From positions 3,534,001 through 3,598,000 of the forward strand of contig CATNEN010000003.1 of NCBI GenBank assembly GCA_950097015.1: a stretch of DNA of 64,000 nt, read 5' to 3'. The DNA comes from Macrostomum hystrix. Its lineage: Eukaryota; Animalia; Platyhelminthes. Below, piece by piece: positions 9,901 through 21,094 of this stretch (the stretch's first letter is position 1; the number at the start of each line of letters is the position of its first letter). Below the pieces are notes generated by a model. The model saw nothing but the letters and a program-made list of their open reading frames with translations. It was not told the origin of the DNA and ran no database searches. The position numbers and the translations under genes are program-made.

Positions 9901-12732
9901 GCGGCATTGTGAGTTCAACAATTATCTTCGTTGTTTTCTGCTGATCTCACGTGTTCTCAAATAATATCATGTGTTCTCAAATGATCTTAAATGCTCTCAA
10001 ATTGTCTCGAAGCTTCCTACCAGAGTCGCCCCGTTGGTTGATGGCGGTTGGTCGCCACTCAGAAGCGGAGCAGGTGATTCGCAAGGCCGCCAAAGTCAAC
10101 GGTGTACAGTTGCCTAGCGACTTGAACTTGGAGGATTCCAGCTCAAACCAGACAGACGGAACTGTTGAAAATTCAAAGGAGAGCTGCCTGACCGTGTTCC
10201 GGCACAAACGGCTGGTTTGTCTGTTTGCTAATGTCATCTTTCAGTGGTGAGATGATCAGAATTTGCATACAACCGATACAGCCACACAAACCTATTTTAC
10301 AGCTAGGTAAAATGAAGCACTACGAAATTAAAGGTCTTTGTCATGGACACAAATGAGAATTTTTATGACCAACTAATTTGAGCATTCATTGAGCATAGCC
10401 ATTTTGAGCACATCCACAGAAACATGGCTTGGGGGGTTGTCGTGCCATTCAGACCTCTGAGGGCCAACCTCCAAGGCACCGTGGCAGAATTGTACACTTT
10501 CTGACGATGAGAAAGTCAGGGCAGATGTACGCCTGTGTACCGTATCTGTGTACCGTATCTGTGTACCGTATCTGTGTACCGTATCTGTGTACCGTATCTG
10601 TGTACCGTATCTGTGTACCGTATCTGTGTGCTCAGGAGTCAGCGAAATGGGCAGAATTGACTTCAGGTCGCGGTCTACAGTCACTAAATATTGTGCCAGG
10701 ACCCCAGCCCTCCTGCAAATAAAGTTTTTTATTTTAACTTTGAATCTAACTGGCAATTAAGGGAAATATTTGTTTGCAATTTACCAACCTTATTGAGATT
10801 TTGTGTCTCTTTTAGAGAACAGTTTTCATCCTACCTAAGGGGGTTGTTGAACTTGCTAGAGTCAATAGTCTCAAACATTAGTTTTTTCCCCATTTCAGGC
10901 TAGTGGTTTCTCTGGTCTATCAGGGCCTCAGTTTGGGATCCGGCTCCCTACCTGGCAGCATTTTCCTCACCTCTTCTTTGAATGCCATTTCTGAAGCGTT
11001 CGGCTACCTCATGGCGCACCTGTTGCTGATGTGGCGCGGTAGGAAAGGGCCGCATATTTTCAGCATGTGTCTCTGCGGCTTGGTTCTCCTAGGCTGCGTC
11101 TTCCCGGCCGTCCTGGGCGCTGAAGGACTCGACGGCCTGCTGCTAGCTCTAGCACTTCTAGGGAAAGTTGGCATCTCGGCTTCGTTCGGCATCATCTACC
11201 TGTGGACTGCTGAGCAGATACCCACCAGCATGAGGCAGTTGGTGCTTGGAGTCGCTGCATTGGCTTCCAGAGTCGGTTACGCAATGGGACCGCTGGTCGT
11301 TGATCTGGTGAGTAGGCGAGGAATCAGGAAGTTTACGCGGCACGGATATGCTTGCTAGTCCGCATTTAATGCAGACTGCATTTCGGGGTGTCTGAGAGGT
11401 AGCACATGCGACTAGCGCACTAATGTCCCTCAAATGTCTAGCACGCTAATGCATATCAAAAGAAGAGTTTCGTATCAGCTTCCAAAAGTAGCAATATACC
11501 GATTTAAACATAAAAATGAAAGTTTCCGATCTTCATAGTGTATTTTTTCAGCGAAAAACTGCCTGCTAAACTTTTTCTAAAAACGTAGCTTCTCTTTCTT
11601 CTATTCCTAGTAGACCTTGCCATGTCCCACTGAATATGCGCCTGTGTATGAGCGTATGTTATCGGACTTTATGTCACGTGACTCTCGATGCAGTGCAGAG
11701 TTTGTCGCGCTCTCTCGAGGTCTGGATTGGCTGAGCCAGTTCTAGGCTCCGCCTATTGGCTGAGATATAAATGCGTCACGTGCCGGTTTAGTTCCTGTCG
11801 CTAAAAATAGAAACTTTTTTAGGTTATTTCAAATACCACCATTTTTCTTTTTTCCTGTATCTCCTAAACTTCCAACCAATCGCCATGAAAATCCATAACA
11901 ACGGCTAAAATTTTCTGCTCTATCCGATGAAACAGCTTCCAGAATCACAAAACATCGGTATCGTCGAGATATTCAACGATTCTCGTTGGAGTGATTGGTG
12001 GATGGAACCTGTTGTGTATGCGGCTTGCATGCCGCCTTAGAGTGTGCGTGGTGCGTTTTGATTGGCTGGGGGGGGTCGGTCCATCCGAACCGGTCTAGGC
12101 CGGGACGGGGGGTTGTTGTTTACTCTGACTGGCTAAAATATATATTAGTGCGCACAGGCCTTTGGAGGGCTTACGTTGTTTCCAACCTTCTAACCCAGTG
12201 CTCCGTTCTTCATTTGGCCACGCTGCCTCACATACAACAGAACCAAAACTTGCCTACTTGGTTGCATACTTGCAACCATGAAATAGCGCGTGATCTTTCT
12301 ACTGTTAAAAGAAGCGTATACTCAGCTTATCTTCGCGGATGTCAAGACCACTTCAGTTTATAATTTTACTGGATGCAAATTATTTTCAGAGCAAATTCGT
12401 TGAGACTTCACTTGGGAGCGCCCTGCCGCTCCTACTCTACGGAGTCTGCTCACTGACGGCCGGTCTCAGCGCCTCCCTCATGCCGGAGACTGCGGGCCGC
12501 GACCTGCCTGAGACGCTGCGGGAAGGCGACGAGCTGATGAAGCAGCAAAAGTGAGAAGACTTGATTAGAAAAAAATCACTGTCCACGATCTGACAAACTG
12601 CATTTACTTTTTTCTCAAACCGCACTCAGACTTTCCTGCTGCTTTGGACAATCGGCACAGATAGCACCTGGGCTGAGTGAGAACCAAAATGAGGATGAAT
12701 TTTTACAGGACAAGGAGTCAAACTTCGCTTGA
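949..12732 (+). CDS. SLC22-family (organic cation/carnitine transporter-like) MFS transporter, 9 coding exons
   Basis: Exons joined with GT-AG and consistent phase: 949-1042, 3262-3521, 3941-4050, 9477-9631, 9740-9908, 10013-10246, 10899-11307, 12390-12550, 12630-12732. The N-terminus is [18 protein letters not shown] and the Cys-rich loop is HRC..C..C..GWVYD..DFVC. It has MFS motif GYISDKFGRR, plus [22 protein letters not shown] and [11 protein letters not shown]. The last exon is less certain; an alternative stop lies at 12554. Confidence 0.92.
1220..2294. mobile_element. Non-autonomous hAT DNA transposon (MITE-like) with internal minisatellite
   Basis: TIRs CAGGGGTAGGCAAACT / AGTTTGCCGACCCCTG (15 of 16 match). 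8-bp TSD GCTTAAAT at 1212-1219 and 2295-2302. Subterminal GGGCCG motifs. Confidence 0.92.
1300..2205. repeat. 16-bp minisatellite (GGGAGAGATTAGACAC) with a 400-bp higher-order duplication
   Basis: 16-bp period. Sequence from about 1509 recurs at about 1909 (identical ORF translations 400 bp apart). Confidence 0.95.
2441..3106 (-). mobile_element. Solo LTR (Gypsy-like)
   Basis: Termini TGTGACG...CGTCACA (7-bp inverted). Flanked by CCCC on both sides (4-bp TSD). AATAAAA on the minus strand at about 2541-2547. Confidence 0.75.
3621..3850. repeat. 80-bp tandem triplication in SLC22 intron 2
   Basis: aatccacatctttcccacag... recurs at 3621, 3701 and 3781. Confidence 0.95.
4160..8599 (-). mobile_element. 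Full-length Ty3/Gypsy (Mag-clade-like) LTR retrotransposon
   Basis: Two 234-bp TG...CA LTRs (4160-4393, 8366-8599), identical by eye. 5-bp TSD ATATT (4155-4159, 8600-8604). PBS TGGCGACGAG at 8364-8355, complementary to the tRNA-Ser(GCU) 3' end. PPT GGTGGGGAGGGA at 4405-4394. Confidence 0.98.
4492..8352 (-). CDS. Gag-Pol polyprotein (single ORF)
   Basis: Two CCHC knuckles ([28 protein letters not shown]), protease IDTGA, RT LPFG..FIDD, RNase H CDAS and integrase HHCC + DDE. Order PR-RT-RH-IN. ATG ([10 protein letters not shown]) lies 2 nt after the PBS. Confidence 0.97.
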   Translation of the reverse strand: MSLVGSIEPFEEGTEKWQQYQERLEQFFEANDIKDEKKRAVLLSVCGKKTYQLIASLLAPGTPAASSYADICETLKNHFDPEPPEIVLRFRFYTRSRRAGESIADFLADLRRLARDCNFGSSLDSMLRDRFVLGINDDNIQRRLLSERKLTLDTALSRAQAEASAAEGNLMVTKSSASQEAFQIAKQPVAKRCFRCLSQRHAAAKCPFVDKKCFNCSKLGHAAAACKSPAATNRRGDQAVREVELEEEETHSLHVMAERRRGKIPPIETTVLIDGTPVRMEIDTGASVSLISSDTFRSELRGRPKLEPANAHLRTYSGEPVPLLGRIIVQVRAAGAAKELPLLVVNGSGSNLIGRDWLADLPLDWRSIKQVTKDGEHPRIRALLDQYADVFEPGLGKCNGPPVRLHLKDGARPRFFKARTVPFALKAKVEAQLDKEIEQGVLVPVNSSDYASPIVPVLKSDGSVRICADFKQTVNINIEPDKYPLPRIDELFAKLAGGQKFTKLDLSQAYSQMPLDEAAQQLCTINTSKGLLRYTRLPFGVAPAVGIFQRYMDSLLQSIPHVACFIDDLIITGADDGSHLRSLELVLQRLQQSGLRCGLGKCNFMQESVCYLGHRIDAAGLHPLQDKVRAIVDAPPPRNVTQLRSFLGMVNYYGKFMPNLSAELASLHRLLDQGAEWRWGAPQDAAFNKCKKLLSKAPVLVHIDDSKPLVLECDASPYGIGAVISHRINGIDQPIAFASRSLHDAETRYSQLDKEALAIIFGVKRFHSYLYGRKFTLISDHKPLLGLLHEGKPIPAMASGRIQRWALLLSAYSYTMEHRSGRSLLRADALSRLPLPERPRDAPVPADVVLVMDMLDEGPVTAGDIRVWTRKDPVLSRALHFTECGCWPEQTSPELQPYRSRRDQLSVQDGCLLWGTRVVVPHAGRSALLQCLHQGHQGASRMKALARSFFWWPKLDEAIEQLASDCADCRELQKSPAPVPLHPWAWPDRPWSRLHIDFAGPVEGKMLLVVVDVHSKWMDVHVMTSTTSAATIQRLRESFCTHGLPDIIVTDNGPNLVSEEMEKFLQQNGIRHVRTAPYHPASNGQAERAVQTLKKSLAKQKSGSLEGRVARFLLTYRVTPHATTGAPPCELLMGRRLRSLLDRVRPDLPARVALQQAIQKQQHDANARDRHIEVGDAVVARDFAADGRWKPAVVTASSGAASFSCQFDDGRQAQRHIDQLRKPLPTAPAAAAQESEAEPVAEPAAAETQTSAAAAAVASDTADTGDPVPIRRSTRQRATPDRLSYF
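8665..9200 (-). pseudogene. Decayed coding-like segment of unknown origin
   Basis: One minus frame reads about 175 codons with GC3-rich codon use (..[57 protein letters not shown]..) and two in-frame TAG stops. No family recognised. Confidence 0.4.
10292..10352 (-). mobile_element. Degenerate fragment of CORE-type SINE (family 1)
   Basis: tttacagctaggtaaaatgaagcactacgaaattaaaggtctttgtcatggacacaaa aligns to 30528-30587. Confidence 0.6.
10425..10690 (+). mobile_element. SINE family 2 body copy with internal 13-bp microsatellite
   Basis: gagggccaacctccaaggc...ctgacgatgagaaagtcagggcagatgtac...cgaaatgggcagaattg is shared with the reverse complement of 35690-35830. (CTGTGTACCGTAT)x7 at 10533-10628. 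Confidence 0.85.
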
Positions 12733-14022
12733 TTTAATAGATGTGATCGATATTGATTCTAATCCTACAGATCGAGCTGCTCTGGATGCATGCGACCTTC
12801 CTAGTACGTGTACCTGCTGAACAAATATATAGCTTACACGTGTAAATATGCGATTCAACTAATCTCGGTACATTAATTAAACATGGATATAGTTTATTGT
12901 CAAGTTCGCGCGGTTATTACACACTTTAACTTACTGCAGAACGAATTTCTGAAATCGCAAATCTGCACGTCGACGATTCTTGGGTAGCGTAAAACAAAAA
13001 TACACATATTACTATATTCTAGTCGTTTGATCATGGGAAACTTATAAAATCGTAAAAAATTCCCTTTTTGAAAGTCTGCATGCATTCTCACAAAAAATTC
13101 TCAATCGATGTGTTTTTGTAAAGCATGTTCTTTTTTCGTTTTTTTATTTGCTACGCGCTATGTATGCTACTATAAAGATAGTGGTACACAAATTCATACG
13201 CTTCATTTGTCTGATGATAAATGATACTTGACAAATGGAAACTATTCGGCATGATCTCAATGGTTTACGTATATAGTTTATTTAATCTGTATTAAATAAT
13301 GCATCTTGTGCCTGCGTATCGATAAGTCGGATTATATTCACGGATAAAAGTTTTTTGCTAAATCGCTTAATTTGCAGCTCTAACTTCATAAATAAAATAA
13401 CGTTTACAAGGTAATTAGCTGGAGCCAGTCCAGATAAATTGATAGAAAGAGAATTCTTTTTGGAAGAGAATTTCGGCATGCAAACTCTCGCATACCATTT
13501 GCTTGATAGTTTGCTTGATAGTGCAGTAAGTAATTTGCTGCATGCAATTTTTGGTAACGAATTTCAACACTTCAAAATTCAAACTTCGTTCATCAAGCTA
13601 ACACTTTTTACAAAAGTTGATGTATTGACAACAGTCATACTGTAACTTACCTAAAAACTGAGCTTGAAAGTTGTAAATTAATTGCACAGGTCTGTTGGCT
13701 TTTTTTAAATATGTACGCAGTCTTACATCGCTTTGACGCTCGTTGCAAGCATTTTCTCTTATTTGTTAAAATTATTAAAACACGCATAATTTTAAATTGA
13801 TCGGCCATTAGACGGCACGCTTGTATAGCACGTGCTTGAGGACTTCAATGTATATTTACCGATCTAGATAACTAATCGTTGTTACTGATTGTCAGCAAGT
13901 TACTATTTATATTGCGCAAGTGAAAAAACTGAAATTGAGTTCTCATTTTGCTTTTTGTAATCATATTGATTTAGTTACAGGACTGCAAACCAACCCACTG
14001 TTTTGCAAAGTGAAGACCAGAT

Positions 14023-17000
14023 ATGTGGTCACAAAAACTAATTAGCGCTGTTGCTGAGATTAAACCTACATTTTTAGACATAAATGACAGGTATGTTTGA
14101 AAATTACTATAAAAACCTCTTTATATGTATCCAAGTGTGTCCAACACTTTAGTCATGCTTTGCTGAAATTCAACATGGACATGGTGTGATTACTTATTTT
14201 GTTGTTCACTTATTCAGATCAGAAAATTCTAAAAGCAATAAGTCCTATACCAAAGTTAATGTAAAAGTATAGCACTACTACTAATGAATCCAACAGGGGT
14301 TATAACAATGTTGTTAGTTGTAGGTAGGCTAGTCAGTTAATCAGCTCCTGCATTACCTATAATAATGACAAATCTAATAGAATATGTTTCTATAGGCTGA
14401 AATTATCATTCCCATGCATTAAGCACACTATGCATTAAACTCCTGGATATAGCTCTTATATAAGGCATCCAATGTCCCAAGCAAACACAATTTTTTTCAA
14501 ATTAAAAATAGATAGTTTAATTAACAAAAATACATAGGGCCTAATTGCCAGAAAGTCATTGCAAGCTGGCTTGGTAAATTATGAGTGACAATTTTAAAGT
14601 TGTAAATATAATATAAAGGCTTGATTTTTTCACTCAAATATATTTACACTTGCTATTTGCCATTTGCCTAGTTGTTTTAAAACAATTATGATGTGATAGT
14701 AGTAGCTTGTTATATTTTTTAGAAATTATATTTACTTAGACCTAAACTGATATTTAAATTCTAACTTAAATTAAATTATAACACTTAGTTATTGTAATGG
14801 CTTTGCTTTCAATTTAGAAAAGTAATTTCACAAATTTTTAGTAAAGTTAATATAACATGACATGATATCCCTTCCTTCCCCAATCAGATTTGTGTCAGCC
14901 CTTGACCGCCAAGGCCAAGTACACATATTTGATGCTACAGCTAGTAGCCTTCTGCACACATGCGACACTGGCTCATTAGAGGCTGCTACAGCTGTTGCCC
15001 TGCGACCACCACATGTGCTATTGGGCATTGAGGCCAAGGTTGAGTTGCGCACTCTGCAGGATGACCTACCAGATGGGCCATTGACAAGGTGAGTTTATTG
15101 TGGAAGCAATTAGACAAGTGGTAATGTTCTGATTTTTTAAAACTGCCATAGTAGTAAATTTTTATTTAAAATTATTTGTTCTATGTGTAGGCCTATTATT
15201 GAAATTCCTTTACCAATGTTAAACCAATTGCTATACATTTTTTGTTTAGGAACAATACAATACAATATAATAAATACAATGGCCACTGGCCACAAGTGGT
15301 CAGGAAAGGGGGACATTGTCAAAAAGCATGCTTAGCTGCGCAGTCTCTGATGAAGGTAGCGCCATTGATCTGATCAGGCGCCCTGGCGTCTTCTGTCAGA
15401 CAGTCGACGAACCTCCGGGTCCGCGCCTGCCCCCGCCGGAACGGGCCCTGCTGCGTGTACAACAAGACCTGCAGCGGCTCCAGGCAGTAGGACTCGGCGC
15501 GAATGACGTGGCGCCAGCTTCAGGCGGCGCTGTCGCAGGGTCACGCTGGGAGGGCTCAGCTTGGCCCGCTGGTAGAGAGCCTGGTTGGTGAAGTGTTCGG
15601 CGTGATGGTGCACGCTGAAGGCAGCGCGCAGCAGGCTGGAGTGCGCCGCGTCCAGCTGGCGCTCCAGCACATCCGTCATGGTCCAGGTCTCGGCGTTGTA
15701 GAAGAGCACCGTTTCCACCACCGCCTGGAACAGTCGGGTTCTCAGCTGGCCACGCAAGCCCTCTGCGACGCCGCAGGTCCTCCTGGACGCTGGGCACGAG
15801 ACCACCAAGGTACCGGAACTGCTCACATCGGGGGAGCGGTGCTGCTGTTGCGCTGTCCATGCTGGGAAGGCGGATGTCCGCTGGCAGATCGGCTGGCACA
15901 GTCAGGACCTCCGTCTTCTTGGCGTTGATCTTAAGGCCAACCTTCGCAGCGGCAGCAGCTAGGCCATCGAGTAGGCATTGAGCACCAGCAGCAGTGGATG
16001 CCAGCAGGGCGAGGTCATCAGCATATCCGAGGACTGCCAGCCGCTTCTCCGGGTGCCGGCTGCTCGTTCACCTGCATAGGATGTAGCCGTCTATGTTGTC
16101 CGGTAGTCCTGTCCGCAGCACCCAGTCCAAGATGAGGATGAACAGGAAGGGAGCGAGGGTGTCTCCTTGCAGGACTCCGGATGAGGTGGTGAAGAAGTTA
16201 TGAACAAAATGATAAATTCACTTAAAATATATTAAAATAATACCTGATTACAATTATTGCCTCATTTTCCAATATGAGGCAATGAGGCAATATTTTCAAT
16301 TTTCTAATACTGTCATATAGCCCAGTGTATTGTTCAGTCCATAAACCCACCCAAAATTACCCCCCAGAATAATCTAGTCGATGTCAATTAACTGTAATTA
16401 GCAGTTAAAATTTCCTACAATATACTAAACAAGAGTCTTACACAAGTTCTAATCTAATACCCCGGACAGATTCACGGCCAATGTCACCTGTATCTCGGCC
16501 TCCGCTAGTCGTCTAGTTGGCATCGGCTCGTCCGATTTCACAGCAAAAGTTGTTGAATTAGACGACGGCGATTGCTACGTTGGCGAAGTTGTTTTAAAAG
16601 GTCACTCTGGACCACTGCTGTCTGTGGCCTTGGATCCGGAAGCTGAATACCTGGCCACATCGGCTTGCGATGGCACCGCTAGAATTTGGCTTGCTGGCAG
16701 CGGGAAACAGATTCGATCCTGGCCAGTCGGCCAGGCCTGCTCTGATGTGGCCCTGGCTGCTAGCCCCTGTCCGCTGGCTTGGGAACCGCTGGCCGGCCGT
16801 GTTCTGGCTATGCCAGTGGACTGCGAACTGCGCTTACTGGCCAGGTAAGTTTATCGACTAGATATGACACCTGGTTTGGTGTCGTTAATTAGTCAGATAA
16901 GACACCTGGTTTGGTTTAGTTAATTAGCCAGATAAGACACCTGGTTTGGTTTAGTTAATTAGTCAGATAAGACACCTGGTTTGGTGTAGTTAATTAGACA

Positions 17001-20000
17001 GATAAGACACCAGGCTTATTGTAGTTAATTAGCTAGATAAGACACCTGGTTTCGTATTGTATTATTTCCCACCTAAGACACCTAATTAAGGGATAGTTGA
17101 TCGTTTTATATATATCTAATAAAGCAAATCCTGTCTTATAATAGGACCACCCTGCAGCTAATTCAAATAAAGTCCTCAGGCCAAAGTGTACTTTTCCTAT
17201 ACTATTACTGATTCCCAAAATAACTAAAACAGAGACAGTTCCTGGCCAACTGCCGCCACCTGCTCTAGCGACCTGCTTCGCGGCCCAATCCTGTGCTGCG
17301 TCTGGAGCCAACAGGCCGATTTCATTGCCGCTGGCAGTCGCGACGGTATGGGATTAGCCTGTGTAGCCTGTAACTTGCTAATTACTTATGTTTATCCCTG
17401 ATTCACTAACTGACAACTGACCCTGGCCCCTGACCCACTAGCTACTCAATGACCCACTCGCTTCTCCCTGACCCACTAGCTACTCCCTGACCCACTAGCT
17501 ACTCAATGACCCATTCGCTACTCCCTGACCCACTAGCTTCTCCCTGACCCACTAGCTACTCCCTGACCCACTAGCTACTCAATGACCCACTTGCTATTCC
17601 CTGACTCACTAGCTACTCCATGACCCACTAGCTACTCCCTGACCCACTAGCTACTCCCTGACCCACTAGCTACTCAATGACCCACTTGCTATTCCCTGAC
17701 TCACTAGCTACTCCCTGACCCACTAGCTACTCCCTGACCCACTAGCTACTCAATGACCCACTAGCTACTCCCTGACCCACTAGCTACTCCCTGACCCACT
17801 AGCTACTCAATGACCCACTTGCTATTCCCTGACTCACTAGCTAGTCATTGACCCACTAGCTACTCCATGACCCACTAGCTACTCCATGACCCACTAGCTA
17901 CTCCATGACCCACTAGCTACTCAATGACCCACTAGCTACTCAATGACCCACTTGCTATTCCCTGACCCACTAGCTAGTCATTGACCCACAAGCTACTCCA
18001 TGACCCATAAAATAAAAACAGTTGTAACAATGCGCATATATCATACTCATACAATACTCTTACTTACCTAGGAGCCATCAGCGCCTGGTCCATCGCCTGG
18101 TCGGACGCCCCGCTTAGGGAGTCTAGCCTTCGCCAGGCCTCGCCATACTTTGCCCTTCGCAGTCCCGGCCTGTGCCCACTTCGTCAGCTGTTCTGGTGGT
18201 GGCGCAGTCCTGACGATGGCGCCGCTGTGCAGCCAACTCTGGTCTATCTGGATGCCAAGGGTGACATAAGAACTACCGAAGTTCGAAAGAATTGTTCATC
18301 AAGGCCGTTGCTGCAGCAGCAGCAGCAAAAGCAGCCTCCCAAACAATTGACCGAAGCTGAAGTTCTAGCTGAAGCTGAGCTAGCCGATATAGATCCGCGC
18401 GATCTAGTTGACGAATTCGAAATCGAAATGACTCAGCAGGAGTTGGAGAAACCTACTAAGAAATCAGCGACAGCTCCAGTCGGAGGACTTCAGCGTGATG
18501 ACATCGCCGACAATGATGACTACGATGATCAGTCAGGCGACAATGAAGCCGCTTCAGATAAAGATGACAAAGAGAATCGAGATGAGAAACCGAAGAAGAC
18601 CAAAAAGAAGAGAAATCTTAGTAGCAGCAGCGAAAGCAGCAGCAGCGGCGACAGTGCCGCCGGCAGTACTGCCCCAGCCCATCAGAAATCAGTTCATCGC
18701 CGCGTCAATCATCGTCGTCAGCGGCCGGTGCAGCCAGGCAGCACTGGCGGCTGTCCGCGCTATTTGGTCTGGAATCGGCTTGGCTGCGTGCTGGAAGCCG
18801 CGTCAGCGATGCCGGAACAGCCGCGAATCCTCACTGTTGAGTTTCACGACAGCGCTGCGCATCACGGCCTCATCATACCCAACAATCACGGCTTCAGTCT
18901 AGCCGCTCTAAGCCTCAGACTGTTAGTTCTGGCCGCGCCGTCTACCGCCGAAGCTCTGAGCTTTGTTCGCGTTCGCCCGTTGAGCGGCACGGATGGCGGT
19001 GAGTACGGCGGCGGCGCCGAATGGACTCAAGCTCTACCCAGAGGCGAGGATGTGGTCTGCTTGGCCACTGGCGATAATCGACTGTTTGCTGGTAGCGACA
19101 GGTCCGGCCTCTCTTTGCTGACTATTTTTTAGAACCTAATAAGCAACCCTGATTTTAGGGATCCCTTAATAACTAGTATTAGAAATCCCATATCCCGAAT
19201 TCTAGGAATCCTAGATCACTGATACTAGAGATCCCATATCCCGAATTCTAGGAATCCTAGATCACTGATACTAGAGATCCCATATCCCGAATTCTAGGAA
19301 TCCTAATCACTGATACTAGAGATCCCATATCCCGAATTCTAGGAATCCTTGATCGCTGATATTATAAATCCCATATCCCGAATTCTAGGAATCCTAGATC
19401 GCTGATATTATAAATCCCATATCCCGAATTCTAGAAATCCTAGATCGCTGATATTAGAAATCCCATATCCCGAATTCTAGGAATCCTAGATCGCTGATAT
19501 TAGAAATCCTAGATCGCTGATATTAGGATTATGAAAGATTGAGTGATCCTAGATTACAGATTTTCAGAATCCTAATATCCCAAAATGGTAGGTGTCCTAC
19601 ACAGGTGATTCTGTTATCCAAAATCCCGGATCATCAATTATATTGTGCCCATATCGATCATTCACTTGTAATTTGAGAATAAAATTTCTTTCATAAATAT
19701 TGTCTACTTTAGGCGCACGGTGCGCATTTGGTCCAGTCGAGGGCTTCAACTGGCCGCCTTGTCAGCTCCCGGCCCTCTAATAGCCCTCTCTGCCTGGCCT
19801 CGCGGCTTTGCCATTGTTCACGGCCTCGGTGGCGGCAGCAGCGGAAGCGGCGGAGACGGAAGCGACAATGATGACGACGACGATTGTCCAGTGGCGGCAG
19901 ACATGTACGAGATGTCGGAGTGTCCCACACCCGGCGAATGGCCCGTGCCAAAGTGAGTGCGCACATTGAGACATTGCTTCTGTTGCTGTGGGTACATTGC

Positions 20001-20807
20001 TTCTCTGTTGCTGTGGGGACATTGTGGATGTGGTGTGGACAATTTTGATGTGGACAACTTTACATTCCACATCAAAGGCTCGTCCGCGCCGAGGTTCGAA
20101 TCCCCCTGACCGCTCGGAGTCGCCTTACCTGGCTTGGCCATTGTCAGCAATCCGGCTCACTCTGCGTACAGGACAGCCGCGGTGTCATTCGAGCAGTCAT
20201 GCCCAACACCGGTGGCGCCTGGTGCCCATTGCTGAATGGTCGGACAGTGCTAACGGAGCGCACCGATTGGCTCTGGCCTATAGGAGTAATTCTGTCTCCT
20301 AGTGGAGACTATCGCATCGCCGCGGTGCATTGTCGCAATTCGGCAGAGCCTTCGGCTGTGGCAGCCAGGCCTCCGATTCGGTACTATCCTTTGGCTCCGC
20401 TGATGTGCCCGAATCCCCTAGCCGAACTAGAAGCCTCCCTGGCACTGGCAGCCAGCTTTGGCCAGCAACAGTCAGCTGGCAGCAATGTTGGTGAGCATCA
20501 GCTCAGATTGTTTGCTCAGGCGTTGAAATCTGGCGAAGAGTCCAGAGCTGCTGATGTGGCCGCTTGGATGTCAGAGCGAGTGCTTCGTCTGGCTATTCAA
20601 TACGCTGTCAAGGCCAAGCGCGTGAAGCTGGTTGATCGACTCACGGCCCTAGGCGAAGCCATGATCGCCGCAAGATCGTCTGGTGCGTCGCGCGAAGTTT
20701 CGGCTTCCTCGTTGTCCTCGTCGTCTACCTTGTCGCCGTCGATTGTTATTCAACCGACGCCGGTTAAACGACGCAAACGTGAATCTTGCGAGCCGTCAGC
20801 GCATTGA
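14023..20807 (+). CDS. WDHD1: WD repeat and HMG-box DNA-binding protein 1 / AND-1 / Ctf4 homolog, 7 coding exons
   Basis: Exons 14023-14090, 14888-15088, 16470-16844, 17233-17345, 18072-19101, 19713-19952, 20078-20807, all phase-compatible. WD40 motifs PDGPLTRFT and GHSGPLLSVALDP..YLATSACDGTARIW. SepB domain QPGST..RYLVWNRLG..VEFHD..HH, PLTARSRLTWLG, W.P, WPIG, QLRLFAQA, LAIQYA. Confidence 0.9.
15320..16198 (-). mobile_element. 5'-truncated non-LTR retrotransposon (RTE-like) RT fragment, inactivated
   Basis: Minus translation GVLQGDTLAPFLFIL..GYADDLALL..GLKINAKKT..FRYLG..LFQAVVETVLFYNAETWT. It contains an in-frame TGA and frameshifts and lies in WDHD1 intron 2. Confidence 0.9.
16860..17052. 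repeat. 35-bp tandem repeat (about 6 copies), WDHD1 intron 3
   Basis: agataagacacctggtttggtttagttaattagtc, period 35. Confidence 0.9.
17425..18008. repeat. 19-bp minisatellite (TGACCCACTAGCTACTCCC), WDHD1 intron 4
   Basis: About 30 copies visible. Confidence 0.95.
19180..19525. repeat. 46-bp tandem repeat (about 7 copies), WDHD1 intron 5
   Basis: atcccatatcccgaattctaggaatcctagatcactgatactagag at 19185, 19231, 19277 and onward. Confidence 0.92.
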
Positions 20808-21094
20808 TCAACCACTATTTTGTCAGTTATTTTTCTCTTCTTTCTACTCAACGTTGCATGCCTAGTAGTAAAAGAAGCATTTTCCGACTTACAAAAATCA
20901 CGCATATTTTAGCAATTAAAAACCTCGTATTTTCTATACTTCAAAACTAAGAAAATGTTCCATATGCTAATAATTTTTTTGCGTCTGAATAAACGACGAA
21001 AGATTTGTTAGTTCTAATCTTAAGTTATTTAATTAATTTTAGGTACCTTTCAGGGTTTTTTATTTACCTACTTAATTCTCATTCAGTCCTATCT

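Noticed and set aside
11400-12330. Possible DNA-transposon remnant in SLC22 intron 7
   Set aside because: It contains CCAAT-like motifs and looks foreign, but no TIR, TSD or second copy could be found.
20092-20106. B-box GGTTCGAATCCC
   Set aside because: It lies in WDHD1 coding exon 7 (EVRIP), with no A box or cloverleaf.
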